Below are positions 27,669 to 37,090 of a stretch of DNA of 64,000 nt, piece by piece (the stretch's first letter is position 1; each line of letters begins with the position of its first letter). Below the pieces are notes generated by a model. It saw nothing but the letters and a program-made list of their open reading frames with translations. It made no database searches and was not told the DNA's origin. The stretch covers positions 310,001-374,000 of the IMG/VR virus record IMGVR_UViG_3300028558_000016, one strand, 5' to 3'. The position numbers and the translations under genes are program-made.

Positions 27669-28283
27669 ATGGCCAAAGTAAAAGAAGTTGCTCCTAAAAA
27701 GGACGAGAAAAAAGTAAAAGTAGCAGAAACTAAAAAAGTTGAAGCTAAAAAAGCAGTTGAAAAACCTGCAAGCGAAATGACCTTTGAAGAAAAGGTTGCA
27801 AAGAACGAAGAATTCCAAGCAAAAAAACGCGAAATAAAAACCCGTATTGAAGCTGCTAAAAAAATAGAAAACGATGTTACTGTTTTTGAAATAAGCTTGA
27901 AACAAGTTCAGAATGAAGAAAGAAAATGGTTAGAGAGTTTTGCCAAGATGCTTGAACCTGAAATCAAGAAAAACGGTTTCATTTATAAGTTGTTCAAACG
28001 TGGAGAAAAAACTTTGATCTACGCACAACACGATAAACGTGATGCTGAAGATGGTGGTGGAATTAGCGAAACACCAATTGCTTACGAAGTTTTCTTAAGC
28101 AAGATTTCTCCTCCAAAAATTGCATTCAAAAAACCATACGACGCATACGAGATGTTTCCTGGAAATGGCGTGTTTGGAATTTGGGCATGGACATGTTCAA
28201 CAATCGAAAGAGCTGAAGAACGTTTCACCAACCTTGAAAAAGGTGACATCGCAGAAAGCGAAGCTGATAGCGATGAAGAATAA
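27669..28283 (+). CDS. Hypothetical (probably early) protein
   Basis: Lys/Glu-rich N-terminus; after the operator/promoter module. Confidence 0.7.
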   Translation: MAKVKEVAPKKDEKKVKVAETKKVEAKKAVEKPASEMTFEEKVAKNEEFQAKKREIKTRIEAAKKIENDVTVFEISLKQVQNEERKWLESFAKMLEPEIKKNGFIYKLFKRGEKTLIYAQHDKRDAEDGGGISETPIAYEVFLSKISPPKIAFKKPYDAYEMFPGNGVFGIWAWTCSTIERAEERFTNLEKGDIAESEADSDEE

Positions 28284-28326
28284 TTGAGTGGATGACCGGG
28301 AAGTTTTACTTGCTGGGCTCAAACTG

Positions 28327-28355
28327 AAAGCCTGAAAGAAATTTCAGGCTTTTTT
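28327..28355 (+). terminator. Rho-independent terminator
   Basis: AAAGCCTGAAA-GAAA-TTTCAGGCTTT + T tract. Confidence 0.85.
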
Positions 28356-28370
28356 GTTATATTTGCACTG

Positions 28371-28613
28371 ATGAGAAGAAGAAAAAAGAAAATACCAATC
28401 ACAAATGATCTTGACCTTCATGGCATAAAACACCGTGACGTTGAACTCATTGTTGAGGACCATGTTCTTCTACACAAACCTCCTTTTAAGATAATCACAG
28501 GTCATTCTACGACCATGAAGAAGCTCACCACAGATGTTCTTGAAAAACATCAATACAAATACCAGGATGGTGTTTTAAACAACCTCGGATGCATCCTCGT
28601 CATATCTGAATAG
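28371..28613 (+). CDS. Smr-like domain protein
   Basis: LDLHG, IITG.S, N.G motifs. Confidence 0.65.
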   Translation: MRRRKKKIPITNDLDLHGIKHRDVELIVEDHVLLHKPPFKIITGHSTTMKKLTTDVLEKHQYKYQDGVLNNLGCILVISE

Positions 28614-28659
28614 AAACTTCATCGTCTGTCATTCATATAAGTAGTAAATCATTTCAATT

Positions 28660-29904
28660 ATGATAAACATACTTATCGACGGCAATTTTATAAGTTTTTC
28701 TGAATTCTCATTGTTCTGCAATTATGGAAAAACAAAAGATCCCTTAAAGAAAGAAAGGGATCAAGTGGCATTCATCCAAGGATTATCAAACAGATTATTC
28801 TACATTCTAAACGGTCTTCCCAAAGGTGGAAGAGTCGTGTTCTGTCTTGACTCGAGATCTTGGAGAAAAGATTTCATGGACAAATACAAAGAGAGCAGGG
28901 AAGATGCTAATGGAAATAAGGGCATCATGGACACAGACACCAAGCAGATCTTTTATAGTCTTCTCGCTGAATTCGGCGAGGTGCTTCAAAAAGCTGGAAT
29001 AATTTCTTCAAAGGTACAAGGTGCTGAAGGTGATGACTTGCTTTTCAAATGGGCAAAGTTCTTCAATGACAGAGGAGAAAATTGCATCGTAATATCCGGT
29101 GACAAGGACATGACTCAAACAGTCGTTGGCCCAGAAGAACCTTGGACAGTAGTTTGGTCAAACAAATCAAACAACAACAAATTATATTCCATGCCAGGTT
29201 GGCAAGACACTATTGAACAAACAACAAGCAACACGATATTCGAGTTTGACATGGCTGGAGACAATGATTCTCTTTCAAGAATGATAAGAGACTCAGGAGC
29301 AGCGATGCAAGTCATGGACACAGACTTTTATATTTTGCACAAGATCTTAATTGGTGATGATGGTGATGATGTGCCTTCTTCTTGGAAGGTCAAAACCACT
29401 ACAGCAAAGGGAGAAGAAAAATGGGTGAGAGTTACAGACGGAAAAGCCAAAAAAATCATCGATGTCATAACAGCTCCTAACGTTGATCAATCCCTTAGCG
29501 CAAGGGAATGGTTGGATGTTATTTTAAAGTCCATCAATCCACAAGCAAAATCAATTTTACCCTATTTCAATGCTGGTCTTTCTGTTGACAAGAGAATGGA
29601 TGAAATTGCTGGAACTCTTTTAAGAGTCATGGGAGATGTCGATGATAAGGAATTAAGAAAACAAGTCATAGAAAACATAAAGAGGAATGCAAAGCTCGTT
29701 TGGCTGAAAGATGAGATGCTTCCTTTTAATGTCAACGAGATGATAAACGATAATATTGATAAATCAATAAATGAAGTACCAGCTCCTAACAGAACAAAAT
29801 GGAATAAGATGGCACTTCTTGATGGATCAAGATTTGGAAAGGTAAAGATAGCACCGAGAGGATTTGATCCTTTCAGCCTGATAAATTTGCCTGATGAAGA
29901 TTAA
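28660..29904 (+). CDS. 5'-3' exonuclease / T4 RNase H-like (FEN/PIN fold)
   Basis: LIDGN, DSRSWRK, YK..R, EGDD, SGDKD, GDDGDDVP. Confidence 0.85.
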   Translation: MINILIDGNFISFSEFSLFCNYGKTKDPLKKERDQVAFIQGLSNRLFYILNGLPKGGRVVFCLDSRSWRKDFMDKYKESREDANGNKGIMDTDTKQIFYSLLAEFGEVLQKAGIISSKVQGAEGDDLLFKWAKFFNDRGENCIVISGDKDMTQTVVGPEEPWTVVWSNKSNNNKLYSMPGWQDTIEQTTSNTIFEFDMAGDNDSLSRMIRDSGAAMQVMDTDFYILHKILIGDDGDDVPSSWKVKTTTAKGEEKWVRVTDGKAKKIIDVITAPNVDQSLSAREWLDVILKSINPQAKSILPYFNAGLSVDKRMDEIAGTLLRVMGDVDDKELRKQVIENIKRNAKLVWLKDEMLPFNVNEMINDNIDKSINEVPAPNRTKWNKMALLDGSRFGKVKIAPRGFDPFSLINLPDED

Positions 29905-29989
29905 AAGTTAATATGTTGTTAAGAACAGCAAAAAATGATTATATTAGCTTGTGTTGATAAACTGATGTTTAACAAAAAATCAAAAACAA

Positions 29990-30256
29990 ATGAGTAAAAA
30001 AAGCAGCTCTTCAAAGAAGAGCAACAGCTCTAAAAAGAGCAAGACTGATGTTACCGCATTAGGAACATTAACCAGAAGCACGGACAGAAGTAAATTCACT
30101 GAAAACACATGGGTTGTTTTTAGAGGTCCATCTGGAGAAAGAAAACCAATGTTGTTCAGCGGAAAATTAAGCCGTGACAGAGTACGTGGCGCTTATGCCA
30201 AGATCACTGGAACGTCTCACGATCGCACAAGATCAAGGAGATTGAGAAATTACTAA
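29990..30256 (+). CDS. Small very basic protein
   Basis: Ser/Lys/Arg-rich 88 aa. Confidence 0.65.
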   Translation: MSKKSSSSKKSNSSKKSKTDVTALGTLTRSTDRSKFTENTWVVFRGPSGERKPMLFSGKLSRDRVRGAYAKITGTSHDRTRSRRLRNY

Positions 30257-30263
30257 GAAATAG

Positions 30264-30378
30264 GGGAAAGTGAAACGGTTGGAACTCGACTAAGGAGTGG
30301 TGTTGAAACTCCTGTGCAACCAGGATGACCGTTGCCTTCGCAAGAAGTTTAATTGAAGACACCTTATAGATCTTTCCC
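30264..30378 (+). ncRNA. Candidate structured RNA with possible pseudoknot
   Basis: GGGAAAG/CTTTCCC closing stem, nested helices, GCAA tetraloop. Confidence 0.45.
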
Positions 30379-30387
30379 GCCAATTGG

Positions 30388-30416
30388 AAAAGCTTGCAGA
30401 AATGCAGGCTTTTTTT
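30388..30416 (+). terminator. Rho-independent terminator
   Basis: AAAAGCTTGCA-GAAA-TGCAGGCTTTT. Confidence 0.8.
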
Positions 30417-30481
30417 ATTTATTTTTATTACAAGGAAGTCATTCCGGGTTTGAATATATACAAAAACAAACTCAGCCTGTA

Positions 30482-33421
30482 ATGACTCTTAAAGAATTAT
30501 TTGACCTAAAAGAGGTATTAAGCACTGACTCTATTTCGACCACGAGGCTAACAGTCAATGATAACTTTTCCAAACTTAGAAAAGGATTATCGGCTTTAAT
30601 AGACACACTTCAGGTAAACGAAGGGCCAAACATCGTAGTAGATTCAGTTGCAGCCACAGACATTGTGGCCAATACTTTTTCAACACCTCTTCCAAAAGGA
30701 GGAACATATAAATTCACTGTAAATTCAAACGGTGAGATAACTGCAACAAGCGTTCTTGGAAAGGTTGTCGTAGAGACACCAAGATTAAGGCTTGATCCAG
30801 ATCCAACCCTCATTGCTTTTCAAGCGGGTGAGATTCGTTGGAGCGGAACAGATTTCGTTGGATGGAATGGAACTCAATGGATTTCGTTTACGGCCGGAGC
30901 AAACATTGTTATCACTGCAGGCCCTCTCGTAGTAAATCAACTTTATACAATAGTATCATACGGTGCAGGCGATGACTTCACAAACGTGGGCGCATCTTCT
31001 AATGCAGCCGGAGTCATATTTGTTGCAACCGGAATAACTCCTACAACATGGACAAACGGTTCCGTTCTCGCAAGCAGCAACGGAGAAGCAAACACATCAA
31101 GCAATGTTGGAACTGGAATAGGATCAGCACTTCCTAAAGCAGGAGTAAATCTTCCATTCAAATCATTTGCAGCAGGCGCAGGAATATTTTTAGACAACGT
31201 AACAGATCCTAATACGATTGTGATCAGCAACGTTGGTGCAACATCTGGTTACTCAGGAACTTCTGGAACATCAGGAAGATCTGGTTACTCAGGATTAAGC
31301 GGTTACTCAGGAAGCATTGGAGCAAATGGTACATCAGGTTTTAGCGGTTATTCGGGAGCTCCAGGTCTTTCTGGATTCTCAGGAATAGCAACATCTGGAT
31401 ATTCTGGAACATCAGGTTTTGGAAGTTCTGGATTTAGTGGTTACTCAGGAGTTTCTGGAACAAGCGGTTTTTCTGGAGCATCAGGAGTAAGCGGTTACAG
31501 TGGAACATCTGGTCAAGAAGGTCCAATTGGACCTGCAGGTGTTGCGGGTGGAATTGGTCCTGCTGGTACATCAGGAACATCAGGATTTTCTGGTTACTCA
31601 GGACAAGCTGGAGCACCAGTTCTTGGTCCAGCAGAAGATGGAAGTTATCTTGACGGATTCTGGACAGACTTAACTCCATTAACTCCAATCGGAACATTTG
31701 CTGATAGGGTGAACGAAATAATGCTTGCATTACTTCCTCCACCAGCACCAGCTCTTACAGATTGGAGTCAAACAACTTTAGCGCTTTCAGTTCAAGGAAA
31801 ATTAAGCTTTGACAACTTGAGTCCTATCATTGGTTACAATAACGCAAGCTCTGCAACGCCACCAGTATTTGTGGATGGAGTGTTTGTGCTTTCAGGAAAA
31901 AGACTTGGAATAACTCAACAGGTTGGAGGTACAAAACTTTCAGGAGTGTTGAATTATCAAGTCGTAACAGGACCAGGAGTTCCAACACCAGCATATCCAG
32001 CACAAACATTTGGAGATGCTGAAAAAGGATTTTTAAAATTATACATAAACGGAACTGAATTGGTTCCTAAAAGAATAGATTTAACATCGACTACTTCTGC
32101 AATTGATACGAGTGCAGGTGGATCATTAACTGGAATGGCTGTATCTGCGCAAGGAGATGTTCAGTTCCCTAATGGTGTTCCGCTTCCTCAATTTGAATAC
32201 AGAACTGGAACATGGAACGTATACAAAACAGATCTCAGCTTGGGATATAACATAGTGGAAATAAAACACGAGATAACACCTTTCAACATTCAAAGCTTAG
32301 CTGGTTTTGAAGTTGTTGTTGATGGAGACACAACACTTACTTCATTCAGCAGCGAATCTGTATTTAATCCAATCATGGGTTCTCCTAAGAAATTATCTGG
32401 AATAGAATACCATCAGGCTGGAACAATTCAGTACAACATCAACATTGATAATGCGTACAGAAATACTTATAGCACTTCTGCGACTGCGGTATCACACACA
32501 GGAAATTCCAATGGTTATGGAGTTTTATTAACTGCAGCGTCACAAGCACTTGCAGCAAACGGTGGTAACGAAGGATTAACCGTCAGCATTGTAGGAAAAA
32601 TAGGAACAGTTAGTTCTCCAGGAAAGAGATTAATCAACGAACCTTTAACTCTTACAACTACTGTATTGAGAACAGTTCAAGCAACTGCAACAAGCAGCGG
32701 AAGTTCTCTTCTTGGATTTTTAATTGACAACGTTGCAGCATCTTCAACAGCATTGTTGGAGAATTTTGACGATGAGAATTATAGATTAAACACAAACTCA
32801 AGTTACAACTTGATTGCAGATGTTACGACTGTGGGAAATGTATGGGATTCGATTCAATCATTGATTGACGGTTCTGTTGGTCACACAACTGGATTACAAG
32901 TCATTGATGGTAAATTAATATACCCTGGAGTTAATCCAAGTTATCCGTTAGATTTCAGAACAAGTAATATCATTAACGGAAGTACATTCAACAACGGTGG
33001 TATCGGTGGTACTGGAAGAGATTATACTCCAGGAAGTCCTTCGATAATCAGAACTTACATAAGGAAATTCCAACAGATCTCTCCTACAACAGGAAACTTT
33101 GTGATGAACATTGCAGGATCAGGCGGAACATTTGTGCCATTGACTACTTCATTGACAGGAACAAATATTCACGTTGAGGTAAAAGGTCCTTCACAAACCG
33201 GATGGATGGATGCTTACACAGACTTCATCACAGGAAACTGGGCTGATGGTGATGGTGCAAGATCTGCTTCAGGCGGTGTTGGACAAGCATTTGGAACACC
33301 ATGGGGATTGACTATCGGAACTAAGAATACTTCTGCGACTGGAGGATACATGTTAGTGAGAATAAGCGTTGCAGATTCGTTCACTGGTTCTTTTGATGCA
33401 ATAACATTCTCATTTGTATAA
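30482..33421 (+). CDS. Virion structural/fibre protein with collagen-like Gly-X-Ser repeats
   Basis: SGYSGTSGTSGRSGYSG tract; Gly/Ser/Thr-rich; ATG at 30482 after an ATATATAC motif. Confidence 0.75.
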   Translation: MTLKELFDLKEVLSTDSISTTRLTVNDNFSKLRKGLSALIDTLQVNEGPNIVVDSVAATDIVANTFSTPLPKGGTYKFTVNSNGEITATSVLGKVVVETPRLRLDPDPTLIAFQAGEIRWSGTDFVGWNGTQWISFTAGANIVITAGPLVVNQLYTIVSYGAGDDFTNVGASSNAAGVIFVATGITPTTWTNGSVLASSNGEANTSSNVGTGIGSALPKAGVNLPFKSFAAGAGIFLDNVTDPNTIVISNVGATSGYSGTSGTSGRSGYSGLSGYSGSIGANGTSGFSGYSGAPGLSGFSGIATSGYSGTSGFGSSGFSGYSGVSGTSGFSGASGVSGYSGTSGQEGPIGPAGVAGGIGPAGTSGTSGFSGYSGQAGAPVLGPAEDGSYLDGFWTDLTPLTPIGTFADRVNEIMLALLPPPAPALTDWSQTTLALSVQGKLSFDNLSPIIGYNNASSATPPVFVDGVFVLSGKRLGITQQVGGTKLSGVLNYQVVTGPGVPTPAYPAQTFGDAEKGFLKLYINGTELVPKRIDLTSTTSAIDTSAGGSLTGMAVSAQGDVQFPNGVPLPQFEYRTGTWNVYKTDLSLGYNIVEIKHEITPFNIQSLAGFEVVVDGDTTLTSFSSESVFNPIMGSPKKLSGIEYHQAGTIQYNINIDNAYRNTYSTSATAVSHTGNSNGYGVLLTAASQALAANGGNEGLTVSIVGKIGTVSSPGKRLINEPLTLTTTVLRTVQATATSSGSSLLGFLIDNVAASSTALLENFDDENYRLNTNSSYNLIADVTTVGNVWDSIQSLIDGSVGHTTGLQVIDGKLIYPGVNPSYPLDFRTSNIINGSTFNNGGIGGTGRDYTPGSPSIIRTYIRKFQQISPTTGNFVMNIAGSGGTFVPLTTSLTGTNIHVEVKGPSQTGWMDAYTDFITGNWADGDGARSASGGVGQAFGTPWGLTIGTKNTSATGGYMLVRISVADSFTGSFDAITFSFV

Positions 33422-33443
33422 TGGAAAATAATATATCTAAATA

Positions 33444-36400
33444 ATGTCAGGACTATCTTTAAACACGCAGACCACGATCGCGTTCAAAAACCTTTTGAAC
33501 AAGTCCAACACGGACGTAACGAAAGGTTTGGGAAATGAGGCAGAGGATATTAAATTTAATATCCACTCAGATACAATTTTTGTCAATCCAATATCGGCAA
33601 CAACTGCTACCGCAATTGCAGCTGGAGTTGCTGTGTTCGTTCAAGCCAATTTGACTCTTGATGGAACTTCAAACGGTCATGCATATTTTGCAACTTGGCC
33701 AGTAACTCCTCCAACAGGAACTGACCCTTTCACTGCATTGCCTTACGCTTATGGTTCTGGTGTATTGACAGGAATTTCTGCTGGACAAAGAGTTAAAAAT
33801 GCAATATCATTTTCATACGGAACTGCGTATGAGGTAATTCCTTATTCTGGACCTCCGGTAATTGCAAATAGAATATTCGTTAATGATCCACGAAATTGGG
33901 TTTATCAATATCAATCTGGAATTTTCTTTCAAGAAAATATTGGCGCAGCTCCTCAAATAATAGAAGTATATGCTTACACAGGTCAGATATTAACTGACGT
34001 CATAGGTGTTGCTTCATCTTCAATACCTTTAGCAGGAACAAGTCCAGGATTTCCTGTAACAGGCGATATAGAATTTACTGACGGAGTTAAAATATTTTTA
34101 AATACATCTCCGGCATCTTACATTCAATTTCACTCTGGACTTTCTCCTTCTGTTCCTACTGTTGAGATAGCAGGAAACTTGCTTCTCCTTGGAGACTTAA
34201 GTGTTTATGGAACAACAACCACAATACACGAAGAGACTGTACAGGTAGAAGACAACAACATAGTAATGAATTTTGGTGGAACTCACACCACAGCAAACGG
34301 TGGAGGTATTACAATACAAGATGGTATTAGCACTGGAGTTCCTGCTACGTTTGAGATCGACACAAACGGTGATTGGTATTTAAACGGATTCAAATTAAAA
34401 TTATCTGGAAACTTAACAACTACCGGATCTTTCAACACTACATTAGTACAACAATTTACTGGTTCAATAACTCTACCTGCTGTTGCAACAACATTGGTAG
34501 GAAAAACTGGAACTAACGTAACTAATAATGTTACGCTTTGGGCTGATGCAGATCAAGTCACAAGTGCCGCTGCAGGTTATTTAACTTTCGACGGATCATT
34601 ATTTAAAGTTGGTCCATCATCTTTGGATTTAATTGCATTTGGTCTTGGCACTGCAGAAACTTTAAACGGTGTTATAGGAATAAATGCAAAAAATATTTCG
34701 GCTGGAACTTCTGCATATTCAGTAATTGCTGCATCTGAAAGTTCAACAAACTATGTTGGAATGTTTAACTACAACGCAAGCAAATCTTCGGTGTATGTCG
34801 GAACTTCTATTTCATTGGCTTCAACAGGACACATCGCAAGTTCAAATGCCACGTTGGGAGGAAGAGCTTTAGTAATAAACGGACTTCCTATTTATAACAT
34901 ATCAGGAAACACAAGCACAAATTATGGATCAAGACTTGATGCAGCAGGTTTAAAAATTGATCAAATACAATTTTTACATTTAGCTTCTGCGTTAGCAAAG
35001 CTTCACGTGAAAGATTCTACAAACAACGGTTCAACAAACACATTGTTGCTTCAGGACTCTGTTGGAACAAACATGGTGACTGTGAATTCTGCAGGAAACG
35101 TTAATGTAGGAAATCTTGCAGGAGTAGGAAGCAGATTGGTTGAAGCAGATTCAAGCGGAAATTTATTCGCGACCATCTCAGGATCTTCACTTGGACTTTG
35201 GGAACTTGTTGGTTCTGACATTGTGACAAGCGCTTCTCTATTGAGTCCAGCTGTTCCTAATGTTTTACCAGCGTTTAATGACCTACAAGATCTTGGTTCA
35301 GTGAGCAATCGTTGGAGAGATTTATATCTTGGATCTAAAATAGATTTTTCTTCTGTTCTTGATTTTGCTGTAGGAAATTCGCCATTTGATTTGATCGGAA
35401 GATTTGAAAATGCCGGTCTTTCTATGTACAGTCAGAAAGTAATAAAGAGTCAAAATGGTAACGGGCAAATAAATATGGATTATTTTGCTACACCAGGCGT
35501 AGTAGCAATATCAAGTGATGCTGGTGGATTATCGGAATCATTCTTGTTTGTACATCCAGCGCAAATACAATTATATGGAAAAGTAACTTATGTTTCAGCA
35601 ACAGCAGGTCAATTGCAAATGACTGCAACATCGGACGTGGTTATAACCGGTAATGGAACTAATGTGTTGGGTGTTGGAGATTTTGCTGCAGACATTGCAG
35701 TGGCCGATGTACAATCAACATCTAAATCTAACAACACAGGATACACTCCAGCTCCAGTAATGATTTCTTCTAAATCAGCAACCGCTGCAGTAGGAGTAAA
35801 CACTTCGGTATTTCTTGGTGGTGTAGGACATTCAATGTTTAGTTCTGTTTCTCGATCAGCAATAATCGGAGGTTCAAGCAACACAATTCAAACTGCAGTT
35901 AATGCAGTATTAATTGGTGGTTCAGGAAATACAATTGGAACTGGTTCAACCAACGTAATTGTATTAGGCGGTTCAGGATTCAGCACAGGTTTTGTAAGCA
36001 ATTCTATATTCCTTGCAGACAATTCTATTATTGCTTCTACAAAAGTAATAAAGAGCACGAATGGTGGTGGTCAAATCGATCTTGATTATGGTGGAACTGC
36101 TTCTTTGATTGCATTGACTACAGATAATGGAGCAGCGTTTGGAGCAGCTTTAAAATTACAAGACGGCGCAGTTATATTACAAGATAGTTCTCCTTCGGCT
36201 TCAATATTAATAAACACTCCGGATACTTTTATACATTTAGATGAGTCTTCACAATTAATTACAATATCGAGCACAACCTTAACTGGACAAATTGATCTGA
36301 ATGTTTCAGCAATGTCATTAAGCATAAGCACGATCGGCGGAACTAAATTTACCGACTCAAGAATTTCACAACAAGGTATCGAATATTTTGCAGATTACTC

Positions 36401-37073
36401 TGCAACTTATTCTGCAAGATCTCTTGTGGACAAAGGATATGTTACTGGATTAATTGCAGGAATGGTGACTGGTACTGGAACAACTTATACACTTCCTCTT
36501 TGGACGGATGGACCTTCGAGCATTATTGGAGATTCTTTGTTCTTCCAAGACTCTTTAGCAAGAGGAGCAGGAGTTGGAGTTTCAACAGCGGCAGTTGTAA
36601 AAAGATACAAAGAATTCGTTCACTCATCAGACGACGCAGGTGTTGTTGGTGACGCGCAAGCTTCTGAACAAATTTTGCAAGCATTGACGTTTGATGCAAC
36701 AGTAACACAAATGTCGCTTGACTCAGGAGGATTGGAATATCTTTCAATAGGAACGGGATTAGGTGACAATAGAGTAGTAGGTTTTGAAGTTTTTGTTTCT
36801 GCTGTTCAAACAGGAGGAGTTGCTGGAACACCTGGAGATGCAATGATAATGAAATTCAGAGGTGGAATAAAATTCATCGGAGGTTCTGCAACACAAATAG
36901 GAAGCACCACACAAGAAATAGTTGCAGTGGACTCAGGAGCTTCAGCTTGGACAGTCGTTGTTGATTCAGATCCATTAGCAGTTGTTGGTGGAGTTAGAAT
37001 TAGAGTTACTGGAGAAATAAACAAGAACATCAAGTGGGTTGCCAAGTGTAATCTAACTGAAGTTGCATACTAA
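33444..37073 (+). CDS. Tail fibre/structural protein
   Basis: 1209 aa, G/S/T-rich, DLGSVSNRWRDLY and VEDNNIVMN fibre-type motifs. Confidence 0.75.
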   Translation: MSGLSLNTQTTIAFKNLLNKSNTDVTKGLGNEAEDIKFNIHSDTIFVNPISATTATAIAAGVAVFVQANLTLDGTSNGHAYFATWPVTPPTGTDPFTALPYAYGSGVLTGISAGQRVKNAISFSYGTAYEVIPYSGPPVIANRIFVNDPRNWVYQYQSGIFFQENIGAAPQIIEVYAYTGQILTDVIGVASSSIPLAGTSPGFPVTGDIEFTDGVKIFLNTSPASYIQFHSGLSPSVPTVEIAGNLLLLGDLSVYGTTTTIHEETVQVEDNNIVMNFGGTHTTANGGGITIQDGISTGVPATFEIDTNGDWYLNGFKLKLSGNLTTTGSFNTTLVQQFTGSITLPAVATTLVGKTGTNVTNNVTLWADADQVTSAAAGYLTFDGSLFKVGPSSLDLIAFGLGTAETLNGVIGINAKNISAGTSAYSVIAASESSTNYVGMFNYNASKSSVYVGTSISLASTGHIASSNATLGGRALVINGLPIYNISGNTSTNYGSRLDAAGLKIDQIQFLHLASALAKLHVKDSTNNGSTNTLLLQDSVGTNMVTVNSAGNVNVGNLAGVGSRLVEADSSGNLFATISGSSLGLWELVGSDIVTSASLLSPAVPNVLPAFNDLQDLGSVSNRWRDLYLGSKIDFSSVLDFAVGNSPFDLIGRFENAGLSMYSQKVIKSQNGNGQINMDYFATPGVVAISSDAGGLSESFLFVHPAQIQLYGKVTYVSATAGQLQMTATSDVVITGNGTNVLGVGDFAADIAVADVQSTSKSNNTGYTPAPVMISSKSATAAVGVNTSVFLGGVGHSMFSSVSRSAIIGGSSNTIQTAVNAVLIGGSGNTIGTGSTNVIVLGGSGFSTGFVSNSIFLADNSIIASTKVIKSTNGGGQIDLDYGGTASLIALTTDNGAAFGAALKLQDGAVILQDSSPSASILINTPDTFIHLDESSQLITISSTTLTGQIDLNVSAMSLSISTIGGTKFTDSRISQQGIEYFADYSATYSARSLVDKGYVTGLIAGMVTGTGTTYTLPLWTDGPSSIIGDSLFFQDSLARGAGVGVSTAAVVKRYKEFVHSSDDAGVVGDAQASEQILQALTFDATVTQMSLDSGGLEYLSIGTGLGDNRVVGFEVFVSAVQTGGVAGTPGDAMIMKFRGGIKFIGGSATQIGSTTQEIVAVDSGASAWTVVVDSDPLAVVGGVRIRVTGEINKNIKWVAKCNLTEVAY

Positions 37074-37090
37074 AAATAAATAGAGATTAG

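Noticed and set aside
30353-30481. N-terminal extension of the 1022-aa ORF from TTG
   Set aside because: It runs through the structured RNA and terminator; ATG 30482 is the better start
31240-31610. CRISPR array or DNA tandem repeat
   Set aside because: The periodicity comes from Gly-X-Ser codons with synonymous variation; there is no repeat-spacer structure
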